DNA of 64,000 nt from Histomonas meleagridis 2922-C6/04-290x. Its lineage: Eukaryota; Protista; Parabasalia. The translations under genes were made by a program, and so were the position numbers. The notes below the pieces were generated by a model. It was given only the letters and a program-made list of their open reading frames with translations. It did no database searches and was not told where the DNA came from. Shown here in pieces: positions 19,052 to 29,900 of this stretch. The stretch's first letter is position 1. Every line of letters begins with the position of its first letter. Location of the stretch: the NCBI GenBank assembly GCA_020184695.1, contig JAANOX010000055.1, positions 197,082 through 261,081 of the forward strand, given 5' to 3'.

Positions 19052-20962
19052 TTATTGTTTAATGAAATCTTCTTTTTGTATTTTCACATATATCGAACCC
19101 AATTTTTGTTCTTTTTTCTCTTCATTTTCTTTCTTCGGCTTCTTCAAGTCGACTTTTATTGGTTTCTCTTCATCGAAATCGATTTTCTTCAAGCTCAATG
19201 ACGCGTAACCGATTTCGATGTTTTTATTATTCTTTCCGACATTGTACATATGGAAGTGGAGCTGATCCTTTTTGTTTGCTGCCTTCTTAAATCTGAACGC
19301 CTGGTTAAACTTCGGATTGTTTGAGTTTCCAATGATATCTGTTTTCACGTCGTCGATATTTATATTATCTTCGACCAGTTTCATTATTACGAATGAATTC
19401 TTCGTTGGAATATTTTTCGCTTCGATAATTTCACCCGATAAAACTATTCGATCGACTTTCGGATATATCAAGTTCTTATGTAAGTGATGATATTTCTCTT
19501 CTGCGGAGTTAATTCCGGAGAGTTTATATGATACTGATGAACTACTAATAGTAGAAAACCCATTAGAATAACTTGTCCCATATGAGCCCAACGAAAACGA
19601 ATTACAATGACTGCCATCATCATTAACAAATTCGATATCAGACGCACTTCGCTCTTCGACATAATCCATGATAACTGAACTTTGTCTTGAGATTCCATGG
19701 AATGGTTTATCGCCTTTCTTCACAATATGAATACGGAACAATAATTTACACGTTTCGCCAGTGGATAACTGAATTGGAATCGATCCTTTCTGTGCTCCAT
19801 CGGGTATACTATTAAAGTTAATTAAACTTTTGTCCGATTTCTTTCCGTTGTTATCTACTAAGTACACTTGGAGTCCTTGCGTTTTAACATTATCAATATT
19901 AAAACATTTCTGCTCGCGAAGTCGTAAACTTCCCATTGTCGTTGGCCGTGCTGTATGTGTCTTTTGTTTCTGGTGGTTATTTGTGTTCTCGAGTTTGGAG
20001 ACTAAGTAATATTGAAGATTTGTTGGAGCTGACTCAATTGTTATGAATTGTATCCACGCTTCATATGGCTGGTAACTAAATGGCTTGTCGACAAATGGTT
20101 TATCACGCGCTTTGGCAATGTGGATACGGACTTTAAGGACACCGGCATCGCCTTTGTTGGACTTCATGTCGCGCTTTGGCTGGTAATCAATGGTTTTGTT
20201 GAGTTTCACTAAAATTGTGTTCTTGACTCCGTATGTTAAAGAGTTAAGATTGACGCGGCCATATGCAATGCATTTGTCCTTGTCGGAATCTTTCGATTTA
20301 CTGTAGATGTAAAAGCGGAGAGTGTCACTGCCAATGTAGAAACCATTGAGCGAAAAGCGCTCGTTCCATACTGGATGTAATGTCTTCTTCTTGGTTTTGG
20401 TGGTATATGACTCTGCCGTACCACGGACTTGAACAGTGACATAAGGGTTTGGCCTTTTCTTATGAGCAAACGGTAAAATACCTTTAGCTGATATGATTCT
20501 CATATGATACTTATACCCTGGCTTGGATTTCTTGGATGACTTTTTGGTGGATGGTGGTGGGGTTGAAGAAATTGGACGAAGACATAATGTAAAGTGGAAT
20601 TCAGCTGTGAATTGTTGGTCATCTATTTGATAACCAATTTGATTCTTGCAACTTGCTTGAGTGCCATCAGTTTTGAGTTGATTAATAGGATAAACAATTT
20701 GTTTCATGATTGGCCTTTGATCATCATCTTCTTTTTCATATAGATCAATTAATAAATTCTCATCTGGGTCAGTGATTTCAAAAGTGAATTGCTCGTTCCA
20801 TTGCGGGTCAGCATTATTTTTAATGAGTTTTGTAGTTTTTGCTTCAGATAAATCTTGACTTCCAAGTCTAACACATGCATATGTAGATGGAGCTTCGATA
20901 TCTAAGTTCATGGAGCGAATTGATTTGGCTCCAATTATCTTAACTTCAAGGATTTTGCTCAT
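19052..20962 (-). CDS. Multi-C2-domain protein
   Basis: C2 signatures KNNADPQWNEQFTF, PNPYVTVQV...KKTLHPVWNERFSL and SNNPKFNQAFRF...IGYASLSL. Confidence 0.85.
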   Translation of the reverse strand: MSKILEVKIIGAKSIRSMNLDIEAPSTYACVRLGSQDLSEAKTTKLIKNNADPQWNEQFTFEITDPDENLLIDLYEKEDDDQRPIMKQIVYPINQLKTDGTQASCKNQIGYQIDDQQFTAEFHFTLCLRPISSTPPPSTKKSSKKSKPGYKYHMRIISAKGILPFAHKKRPNPYVTVQVRGTAESYTTKTKKKTLHPVWNERFSLNGFYIGSDTLRFYIYSKSKDSDKDKCIAYGRVNLNSLTYGVKNTILVKLNKTIDYQPKRDMKSNKGDAGVLKVRIHIAKARDKPFVDKPFSYQPYEAWIQFITIESAPTNLQYYLVSKLENTNNHQKQKTHTARPTTMGSLRLREQKCFNIDNVKTQGLQVYLVDNNGKKSDKSLINFNSIPDGAQKGSIPIQLSTGETCKLLFRIHIVKKGDKPFHGISRQSSVIMDYVEERSASDIEFVNDDGSHCNSFSLGSYGTSYSNGFSTISSSSVSYKLSGINSAEEKYHHLHKNLIYPKVDRIVLSGEIIEAKNIPTKNSFVIMKLVEDNINIDDVKTDIIGNSNNPKFNQAFRFKKAANKKDQLHFHMYNVGKNNKNIEIGYASLSLKKIDFDEEKPIKVDLKKPKKENEEKKEQKLGSIYVKIQKEDFIKQ

Positions 20963-21523
20963 TCGAAATTGACGCTCTTACGATTAATTCAAATGTCAAA
21001 TAGAAGTTTCTGTTAATTCTGTTCATCTTCTTTCTCAAACAACTTTTTCAATTGTTATCAAATCACCTCACAAAATGAAACCCGACTGTGCGCTCTGAAA
21101 TTCAATTATTCGATCCGTGTCACTTTCCTGATCAATTATCGTAAAAAAAAGAGGCTTGTCAGCTTTTTGACTATTTTACATTGCTAATGTTTTCTTGGCC
21201 AAACAAAAAACAAATAAAAATTATTAATGATGATAAATTAAAATGAAACATAGCCAATAAAGCCGATTAGTTTTTAATATATGTCGTCATGATGGTGTAA
21301 TAAAAATTTAGGATTCATAATTGTTGTTTAATGTTTTCCGATAAAAATAATTTTTAAGTAAAATTCAATAATTTCGATTCCTATAGCAATGTCATTTTTT
21401 ATTACTTGCAAAACGTTTTTATTATAATTTTAAACACTTTTCGATGTTTCATTTTGATCAAATCCCTAAAGCAGACTTAAGACGTTTACTTCATACGGTT
21501 ATGTACGTTATGTAATTCGACAG

Positions 21524-24283
21524 ATGTCTGGACTTTCAGTTAGACGTTCATTAACATCAGATGCTAAGGTACTTAGTGGCCTCATAGATAGGGTTGGTGA
21601 AATTTTAATGTCTCGATATGGAAGAAAAGATTTACCTCAAATTCTTGAAAGCTCAGTATTATCATTAACAGTCCTTTATAACGATATTCCTGTAGCCATT
21701 GCAAACTTTTCATATCCTCCACAAAATGTTCAACATTCATATCGAAAACTAATGTTAATTTTTTATGCTTCTGAAACACAACATACTAATGAAGCAGCTC
21801 GTTTAATATTACGAACTGCTTTTGAATCACAACCACGAATTGACACAATATTAACAAAACATTCACCAACTACTCTTCTTGAATCTGCATTAATCCCATT
21901 TTTCACAGAAGATAAAGAATATTTTATATGTAGTCGAGAGAAAGTTGTACCATCTCTTGTTATCCGTTCTGCACGTGTAGAAGATTTTGATGATCTTATG
22001 CCACTTTTTGAATCTGAAGCTCCAGATCTTATCCAACAATATGGAAAGTTCTTTGTTGTTAATTTAATCAAGTCCATTGATGTTAAATGTCTTGTAGCCG
22101 AAGGCAAAGATGGCCTTGCAGTAGGTTTTGTTGCACTTGAACCAAATTTTGATGCATCTGATCATCGTTCTACATATGATTTATCGCCATTTCAAGAGTT
22201 GTTTACTGAACCAGGCATTGCATTTCGTATTCGAATTTTCTTCATAGCTGATGAATATCAAATTCATGCACGAGATTTTATGCGGCCAATTTTTAGTCTT
22301 ATGCGCGAATCTGATTATTGTTTAGTATTTATACCAACTAATAGCCCACCATTTGCGTTAGCGCCATATTTTATACAAGTTCCATCAACAGATCCCATCA
22401 AAGATCGATTTATATTATATTTATGTCATCGGGATTCTGTTGTAGATATACCATTAACAGTACGTCAATTTGTAAGTAATGATTATCGATTACTTGAAGA
22501 TTTCTTAGGAAAATTAAAAGAAAAAAATGAAATTCTCGAAAAATGTAACGATAAGCCTGAACTTGTTTATGAATTATTTGTACATGAAATCATTGTTGGG
22601 TTTTGTGTATTTGATGAACCTAAACCAATTGATCATCAACATTGGGATATTGAAGAATATGTTGACACCAAATATTGTTCCAAACATTGTCAATTAAGAT
22701 ACTATTCGATATCACCAATTTTCCAAAAGTATTTTGATTATTTTCTAGTTCGATGTATGGAACTTATTGGGATTGAAGCAATATATATATTACATCAAAA
22801 AGGACATTTGGACGATATATTAGGAATGTTATTTTTATCAATCGAACGACGACAAGGACCAACTTCATCTAAATTTGATAAACATTATGAACAAAAAGAG
22901 TCAATGCATTTATTCCCATTAAAATATTCGATGCAACATAAATATAATATTCATACATCAATCGTAATTGTAGGGTCAACTGAAGGAGTTTCATCATTTA
23001 TTTATAAGTTAATATCAGTTCCATATTTATATTTCTCATCTATTAAAGTTGTTTGTACTGGTGGTAATGAAAGAGTTTGGGTTAATACTGCTTCATCTGC
23101 TGAATATCAACCAGATTGGCTACAACATTTACATTTATTAAATGCAGTTGAATTCTTAGAAGCGGATTTAGCCGAAATAGAACGTGATGAAAGTCAAATT
23201 ATATTAAATGATGGAACAATAGTATGTTATGACTATCTAATTTTATTAACTGCTAAAGAAGGTGAAATCGCTGATATGTGGATGGCTAAAAACTTTGTTG
23301 AAAGTACTCCGCCACCAGTATCTGTTGTAGGTGATTCACTCGTAGCGTATTATATCCTTTCTCATTATCCTGGTTGCGCACATATTGTCCATAATCCTCG
23401 ATTTAAACTCGAAGGTACTCTTGCAACAAAAATCCCAAATAGTACTGTAGCTTTCTGTGACTTTAAAGAAGTTCCGCCTGTGTTACTTGGCATTTTGGAA
23501 AGATCTTCTTTAGTTTATGATGGAGGAATAGTAATTGATGAATTATTTAGAACAAACGATCCGAAGATTTTCGCTACAGGTCCAATCACTATGTTTTCTA
23601 GACTTTATCGAGTGAAAAATGATGACACTATAATATCTCAAACAGAATATGGTAATGAAATAGGTAATGTAATCTTGAAATTTGTTGACCCATTAATCAA
23701 ATTCGAAGAGCCGCCTTTAATTGTAGGTTCTGATGATATCAAAAATTTGGTGAAAATTAAAGGACCAAATTCTGTTCCAAAGTTCTCGAAAAAAAGAGCA
23801 GAATTATATCAACTACCAAATAATAGAATATTTTATCGAAATGGTTATCCGTCAGCTAAGTTAAGATGTTTAGAAACTTCTAAACAAGGTCAAGCAATTA
23901 GATTCTTCATCGATGGAGCTGGTTTTATTCAAGCTTTTGAATATTTAGGTGAAGCTGATGGATGTATTTATAACTGGATAAAATTAATAGGTTATCCTGC
24001 AGTACTGTTAAATAATATGGTTGAAAGATATGACAAGAAAATGATCTCTGACTTTAAGGAGTTCTTTAATGAAAAATGGTGTTCTGCAATTTTACATGAT
24101 CGTTTTAGGAAGTTTTTCAATGCTTTACACGAAAAGCTTATGAAAAGTGGAGACGTAACAAGTCCTGAAGTACAAAATCAAATTAGAACAGAATTAATGC
24201 AATTTTTGGTGGAAAATAGCGATTTGTTGCCTGATTATTATACATCTGAGGATCAACTGCCACCATTAGATGATGACGATTGA
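21524..24283 (+). CDS. CFAP61: Cilia- and flagella-associated protein 61 homolog
   Basis: 919 aa; RSARVEDFDDLMPLF in the N-terminal GNAT-like part; Rossmann-like IVIVGSTEGVSSFIYKL and VIDELFRTNDPKIFATGP; C-terminal LLNNMVERY...FKEFFNEKWCSAILHDRF. Confidence 0.8.
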   Translation: MSGLSVRRSLTSDAKVLSGLIDRVGEILMSRYGRKDLPQILESSVLSLTVLYNDIPVAIANFSYPPQNVQHSYRKLMLIFYASETQHTNEAARLILRTAFESQPRIDTILTKHSPTTLLESALIPFFTEDKEYFICSREKVVPSLVIRSARVEDFDDLMPLFESEAPDLIQQYGKFFVVNLIKSIDVKCLVAEGKDGLAVGFVALEPNFDASDHRSTYDLSPFQELFTEPGIAFRIRIFFIADEYQIHARDFMRPIFSLMRESDYCLVFIPTNSPPFALAPYFIQVPSTDPIKDRFILYLCHRDSVVDIPLTVRQFVSNDYRLLEDFLGKLKEKNEILEKCNDKPELVYELFVHEIIVGFCVFDEPKPIDHQHWDIEEYVDTKYCSKHCQLRYYSISPIFQKYFDYFLVRCMELIGIEAIYILHQKGHLDDILGMLFLSIERRQGPTSSKFDKHYEQKESMHLFPLKYSMQHKYNIHTSIVIVGSTEGVSSFIYKLISVPYLYFSSIKVVCTGGNERVWVNTASSAEYQPDWLQHLHLLNAVEFLEADLAEIERDESQIILNDGTIVCYDYLILLTAKEGEIADMWMAKNFVESTPPPVSVVGDSLVAYYILSHYPGCAHIVHNPRFKLEGTLATKIPNSTVAFCDFKEVPPVLLGILERSSLVYDGGIVIDELFRTNDPKIFATGPITMFSRLYRVKNDDTIISQTEYGNEIGNVILKFVDPLIKFEEPPLIVGSDDIKNLVKIKGPNSVPKFSKKRAELYQLPNNRIFYRNGYPSAKLRCLETSKQGQAIRFFIDGAGFIQAFEYLGEADGCIYNWIKLIGYPAVLLNNMVERYDKKMISDFKEFFNEKWCSAILHDRFRKFFNALHEKLMKSGDVTSPEVQNQIRTELMQFLVENSDLLPDYYTSEDQLPPLDDDD

Positions 24284-24352
24284 TCAATGAATAATAAATA
24301 AATAAAATGAAAATATTTTTAATAATAAAATCATTACAATACATAAAAACTA

Positions 24353-24760
24353 TTATTTGTCGTCAGAAAAAGATGGAACTGATAATCGTGTAAGTTGATA
24401 TACAAGATCAACTAATTGATCTGTCATATATTCATACCCATAGTCTTGAGGTATTTCCATTGGTGGCGCTTCAAGTCTTGAGGGAATAAAATTTAATTCA
24501 AATTCACATCCTTTTTCAGGTTCAAATTTTTGTGTATTTTCAGGTGGTTTTCTTTTAATCTGTGGTCTTGGCTTTGGTGGCATTACTTCAATTGGTGTTA
24601 AATTTTTGCATATTTTAGTTTTGTACTTCACATTTAATTTAGGTGATACTTCATCAATAAGGAATTCTTCATCATCAACAAGTGATTGCTCAAGTTCTTT
24701 CAGGTGCTCTTCAATAAATTTAGTACTGAACTCTATTGGCTGATCAGAAGGTTGTTCCAT
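24353..24760 (-). CDS. Hypothetical protein (135 aa)
   Basis: Intact ATG-to-TAA ORF between two genes; no recognised motif. Confidence 0.55.
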   Translation of the reverse strand: MEQPSDQPIEFSTKFIEEHLKELEQSLVDDEEFLIDEVSPKLNVKYKTKICKNLTPIEVMPPKPRPQIKRKPPENTQKFEPEKGCEFELNFIPSRLEAPPMEIPQDYGYEYMTDQLVDLVYQLTRLSVPSFSDDK

Positions 24761-24920
24761 TTAACTCATTTCACAAACGTACGATGTGAAATGTGATATG
24801 AATAATTTAATGCATTAAATGCAACAAAATGTGAAAACACATCATGTTAAAGCTGATGTAATAAATAAAAATCAAAAATTTATAAAGGCTTTGTCTAAAA
24901 GTTTTTATTATACAAACAAA

Positions 24921-26009
24921 TTATTCATTCGATTCTATTTCTTCTAATCTCAGTAGCAATGCAGCTTGTAGCTCTGCTTGTCTTTCCATATCTTCAATAA
25001 TATTTGTCAAGCAGACTTGCACTGATTTGATCCACCATGGATTACAGAAGACATTTTTCTTCTTATCAATTTGTGGCAAGTTTCGAATCTTTTCCATATC
25101 GTAATCTTCGAACTTTATGTTATTATCTTTAATTATTTGTTTCATTAATTGCGCCTTTTTAATGAACTGTCTATTCTTCAATAAAACGCGCGTTTTCTCA
25201 ACAGATTTAATCCGTGATTTGATTTCTTTTTTAGTTGATTTATTTGCTGCTTCCGCAACAGTGTCAGTTACTGATGCAACAATGAAGTTGACAAGTATGG
25301 TGCCAAGAAGTGCTATGAGAAGTATCATGTACCAACGCGTATGTAACGTTGTGTTATCTTCAATTTGATGTTGGGCAGTGAGCCATGAATCTTTTGTGGA
25401 AAATACAAAAACATGGAATATTGACTTGATTAAATCAGCAAAATAGATCTTGTCTTGTGAGGAAAATAGGTAAAATCCAATAAATCCGAAAATTAAGATA
25501 AATATGATATAAATGACTAAAGGTGAAAAGGCTGTTTTAACTGTTCCAATGACAGAATAAAATAGATGCTTAAGAGTGGTATTGATTTTAAAGAACCGCA
25601 CAATCCGAAAGCAAGGAAATGCTTTGAGAAATGAAAATTTTTGATTGTAAACGATAATAGGAAAAAAAGAGGAAATAACAGAGATAACAGAAACAATAGC
25701 ATCTATTCTATTAAAAAGACTTTTGAAGAATTTGAGTCGAAAAGCTATAAATTTGAAAATTAATTCAGTAAAAAAATATGAACAAAAGAAAATATTGAGG
25801 TAATTAATAAGACTAATTTGGCCTCCTTTTGTTTCTATCTTATATTCGATTTCAAAAATGATTGTTATGGTATTTAAAATAATTAAAATATATGCAAAAG
25901 TTTTGTACTGCTTAGAATTTAAAACCTTACGAAGTCTATACCTAAGTTCTTGCTTTGATTGCTTTTTTTGTTCCTTTAAAACTGCTTTGATATTTGGTTT
26001 CAATAACAT
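24921..26009 (-). CDS. Single-domain 6-TM voltage-gated-type cation channel (Ion_trans; CatSper/bacterial Nav-like)
   Basis: S1-S3 with FFTELIFKF and FNRIDAIV, S4 KAFPCFRIVRFFK, pore STKDSW, S6 LVNFIVASVTD, and a C-terminal coiled-coil-like region. Confidence 0.8.
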   Translation of the reverse strand: MLLKPNIKAVLKEQKKQSKQELRYRLRKVLNSKQYKTFAYILIILNTITIIFEIEYKIETKGGQISLINYLNIFFCSYFFTELIFKFIAFRLKFFKSLFNRIDAIVSVISVISSFFPIIVYNQKFSFLKAFPCFRIVRFFKINTTLKHLFYSVIGTVKTAFSPLVIYIIFILIFGFIGFYLFSSQDKIYFADLIKSIFHVFVFSTKDSWLTAQHQIEDNTTLHTRWYMILLIALLGTILVNFIVASVTDTVAEAANKSTKKEIKSRIKSVEKTRVLLKNRQFIKKAQLMKQIIKDNNIKFEDYDMEKIRNLPQIDKKKNVFCNPWWIKSVQVCLTNIIEDMERQAELQAALLLRLEEIESNE

Positions 26010-26164
26010 TTTTCTAGGTTCTGTGCTTTACAGAACAACCGCCGTCACAATAAGCTTATTTTTGAGTACTATGCCACGGTTTTTGATCGTTTTATATTGA
26101 TAATTGATATCAAACTGAATGATAATTTGGATGTGGCTTGAAATAATTTTTTTGTGTATACTTT

Positions 26165-26917
26165 ATGCAAAATGCAGATAAATTTAATCACAAAACGATA
26201 AATAACAATGAACATGCTTCTATGGAGTTACTCACTAAACTTGAACAAATTATTTTTAATTTAACTCAAGATAATCTTAAAATAACAACTGAACAAACAA
26301 TGAAATTGTTTGATATCAACTTTTCATATATATATAATTTAACTATTTGCATTTTAGTTTATTAATGCGTTTTATTTAAAAAAAAAAGCCAATATTTTAT
26401 ATTAAATTTATCATTTAATTTTAATTTAAATTATTTAGAAGCTCTTTAAATCAAAGAAGAAGAAAATTCGAAAATTGTTACAATTTTCCTTAAATATATT
26501 CGTGATACCAAGTCTCAAGTATCATATTATTTAATTGAGAAATTGATACAAAATGGTTGATGAGAACATGATAAATTTTTCTAAAAATAAATATTTTATG
26601 CATCGTCAAAAACAAGTTGACAATGATTAATCATGTACTCTGATAGCTATCAAATGAAAAATTATGAAGAACTATCGAAGAATGATTTGGAGCTTCATAA
26701 ACAATTAATTGAAGAAGGACATAGTCCAAATGAACTTGCAAAAATAATTCGAAATGATGAAATAGAAAAACTTCAAGAAATATCATCACAAAATAATTTT
26801 AATTATAATCAATTTATTATGTCATCACTTTACGAAAGGTGTTATTTTATTAATCACAAAAATATTTCGATAATTGATTATGAGCATGTTGATTTAAATC
26901 CAATTTACAATCAATAA
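26165..26917 (+). pseudogene. Truncated DUF3447-type ankyrin gene (N-terminal part only)
   Basis: KLEQIIFNLTQDNL and IIRNDEIEKLQEISSQNNFNYNQ match KVEKLIIELNENNL and ILRKDDLEELQEISTQNSFNFNQ of the 15035..16174 ORF; broken by stops. Confidence 0.75.
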
Positions 26918-26939
26918 AAACACTTTTTACTCACAAAAT

Positions 26940-29900
26940 CTATTTAAAAACATTTTTGGCGAATTCATGCACAAGAGATATTCCTGCACCTTTTTGAACG
27001 GAAAGTTCATTTGGATCTAAATTATTAATTAATGAGCCAAATAAAATTTTGTTTGAGTATTCTTCACTTGAATTAATTGGAGGTAATGTAAATGAAATAC
27101 ATTTATTTAAGAATGATTGATCAACATATGATCTATTTGTTGAAACCGGATTATATGTAATAATTAAACGAAAATCTTTATGAACTAACTCTTCTTGTCC
27201 AAATTCATCTAAATTAAATTTTGGTTCATTACCAAAAAGTGAAGAAACTTTTTCTACAATTTCAGGAGATGCTAATTCTATTCCTTCAATTAAAAGCATT
27301 TCACCATTATTAATTGAGCTTGTAATAGTTGAAGGCATATGGTACATTCTATTAATTGGTAGAATTGCTTCTCTTATAGCATTTTCTACTTCTTTAAGAC
27401 GTCTTTTTTTGATAACATCAAGATTTTTTGAACTCGACCTAAATCGTTTTATTTCTTTAAGTATGTTATTAATATCATTAGGTTTCCAATTTTTTGGATT
27501 TTTACTTATAACGTTATTAGCATATTTATAAAGTTCTTTAAATACACAAAGTTTTGAAAATGAGCTCTTTAATATGTTTAAGGTTTTGTCAGATAACTTA
27601 TTGTCAACTAATGAATATCCTGTCAAAATTGATATTCCAGTCTCTTCGTTTATTTGGCAAATATTAAGTTTTCTTCCTAACATTTTAGCAAATAAACGAA
27701 TTGTATGTGATTTTCCTGATGCTGTATTTCCTTGTATAACACATGCACGATTTGCAATATAAGAACATGCTAAAAATAATAAACAATGTTTTTGTGGAAG
27801 AGTTAAACGCCCTATAATTGATTGAATTTCTTTTTGATTTATATTTTCTGGTATGATTGGTAAAACAATTCCATTTTTACTATCTTGAGATAAACAAATC
27901 TTTAATTCTTTTTTGGGTAAATTATATATGAAAACAGGATCAAATTTTATATCAATCATTCCAAGTTTTGATAAAACGCGTTAAATAAATTCTTCTTAAA
28001 TAAATCGATATACAAATAATATTTGTAATACTATAGATTTATCAAATGAATCATAAGTTATATTTCTAAATAAAATATATTTTGATATATCATTTAATAT
28101 AATATTTTGAGTTGCATTTAATTCTTTACAAATGTTATTTGTTATCATAAATTGGCGATAAAATAAATGTGCTTCATTATCATATGGTAATCCTTCAAAT
28201 TGCTTATTTATTATATTGAAAATATCATCTTTCTTTGGATTTAAAACAATATAATAAATTGATGAATACATTAATGAAGAAGGCAAACGATCTCTACCAG
28301 AAAAACAATTTTGTGGATCAAATATTGCAACTAGATTTAAATTACCTTTTTCTAATACTGATCCATTTGGTAATAAAACTTGTTTTTGTTTAGTGTCAAA
28401 AATACTCGTAATTACTTCCAACACAACAACAGAAGCATTATTTATATTATGAAATACAATGATAATATTATTTTGTTTCGATTTGATTGCTTTAACAAGT
28501 TTTGATTCATTTACTTCAACATGAAGTTCATTATTTTTATCTCTTTTTAATGATAATTTACCAAAAAGATCATCAACATTCGTTGATCGTGAAATATTTA
28601 TATTTATTACTTCATATCCTAAAAGATTTGCAATATAATTAATTGCAGTTTGTTTGCCTTGCCCAGGTTTACCTTCAAATATTATTGGTGTATGTGTAAT
28701 TAACCCTAAATGGAGAATATCAACCATTTCTGTAAATTTTCCTGTAAATGCGATTTTTGAATCTTCATGATATTCATGTGTATTCTCTATAAAGAATCCT
28801 GTGATTTTCGATTTATATCCTTGACAATTGTTTTGTTCACATTTTTCAAGTGGTTCTTCATTAAAGTTTTGTAATGTAGTTGGCAAATTAATATTTAATT
28901 TTTTGAACAATTCTATCAGTTTTTTTCTTTCTTTTTGATTTTCTAACAAACCTGAACACAATCTATATATTATTAATCCAAGTTTAAATTTTGTTTGTGA
29001 ATTATATATTAAAGTTTCAGGAGATAATATACTATGCATTTCAATGGACTTAAGCATTTGTTGAAATTCAAAATGTTTCCCGAACTGTTCATTAAACTCT
29101 TGTGAAAACGTTTGTAATAATTCAATTTCTGCGTTTTTATAATTTATTTGATTAATTTGCATATAACTTTGAATAACATTTACTTGCTCTTCTAATTTAT
29201 ATTTTGGAATAAATACAATAGTGAAATTTGATAAAACTCCATTTGATAATCTAAATGGTGAATAAAGTGGAGATGTTGCCATGACTCTGAAATTTTGATT
29301 AAAGTTTATGAATTCTTTATTGTAACGAGATGTAAATGTATTATGAATATCTTCTTCTAATGTTAAAATATGTTTTGAAAATAATTCATTAAATCTTACA
29401 AGTACATTTGTTGAAAAATTTGATACATTCTTTAATATTAATGATTTTCTTTCAAATATAGTAGATAACAATAATCCTGGCTTGAATTCAAAAATACTAT
29501 TTGATATTATAACATTATTCCTTTTTTCTTTTTTAAAAAGTTTCTCTGTTAAATGTTTAATTGCATAATGAAATGAAATTGGAATTATTTGTATTTTACC
29601 ATTTATAAGTTCTTTAATTTCTTCTTTCATTAAAGTTTTATTTAATAATTTTTTTCGTAATTCAATATATTCATCATATAAGTTACAGATTTTACAAATA
29701 TTTTCTAGATAAAATAATCTGGCTTCAGTATTTGTAAATAAATATGAAAAACCTAACAAATGTGATACTGTTAATTCTTGATTTAAATTGATTATTTTTG
29801 CATCGTGTAAAAATTGTTTTGCCAAAAATGTCTTAAATCCTGAATTACCCATTAATAAAATTGGCTCTGATGGATCTGCTAATAATAACTGAAATGCACT

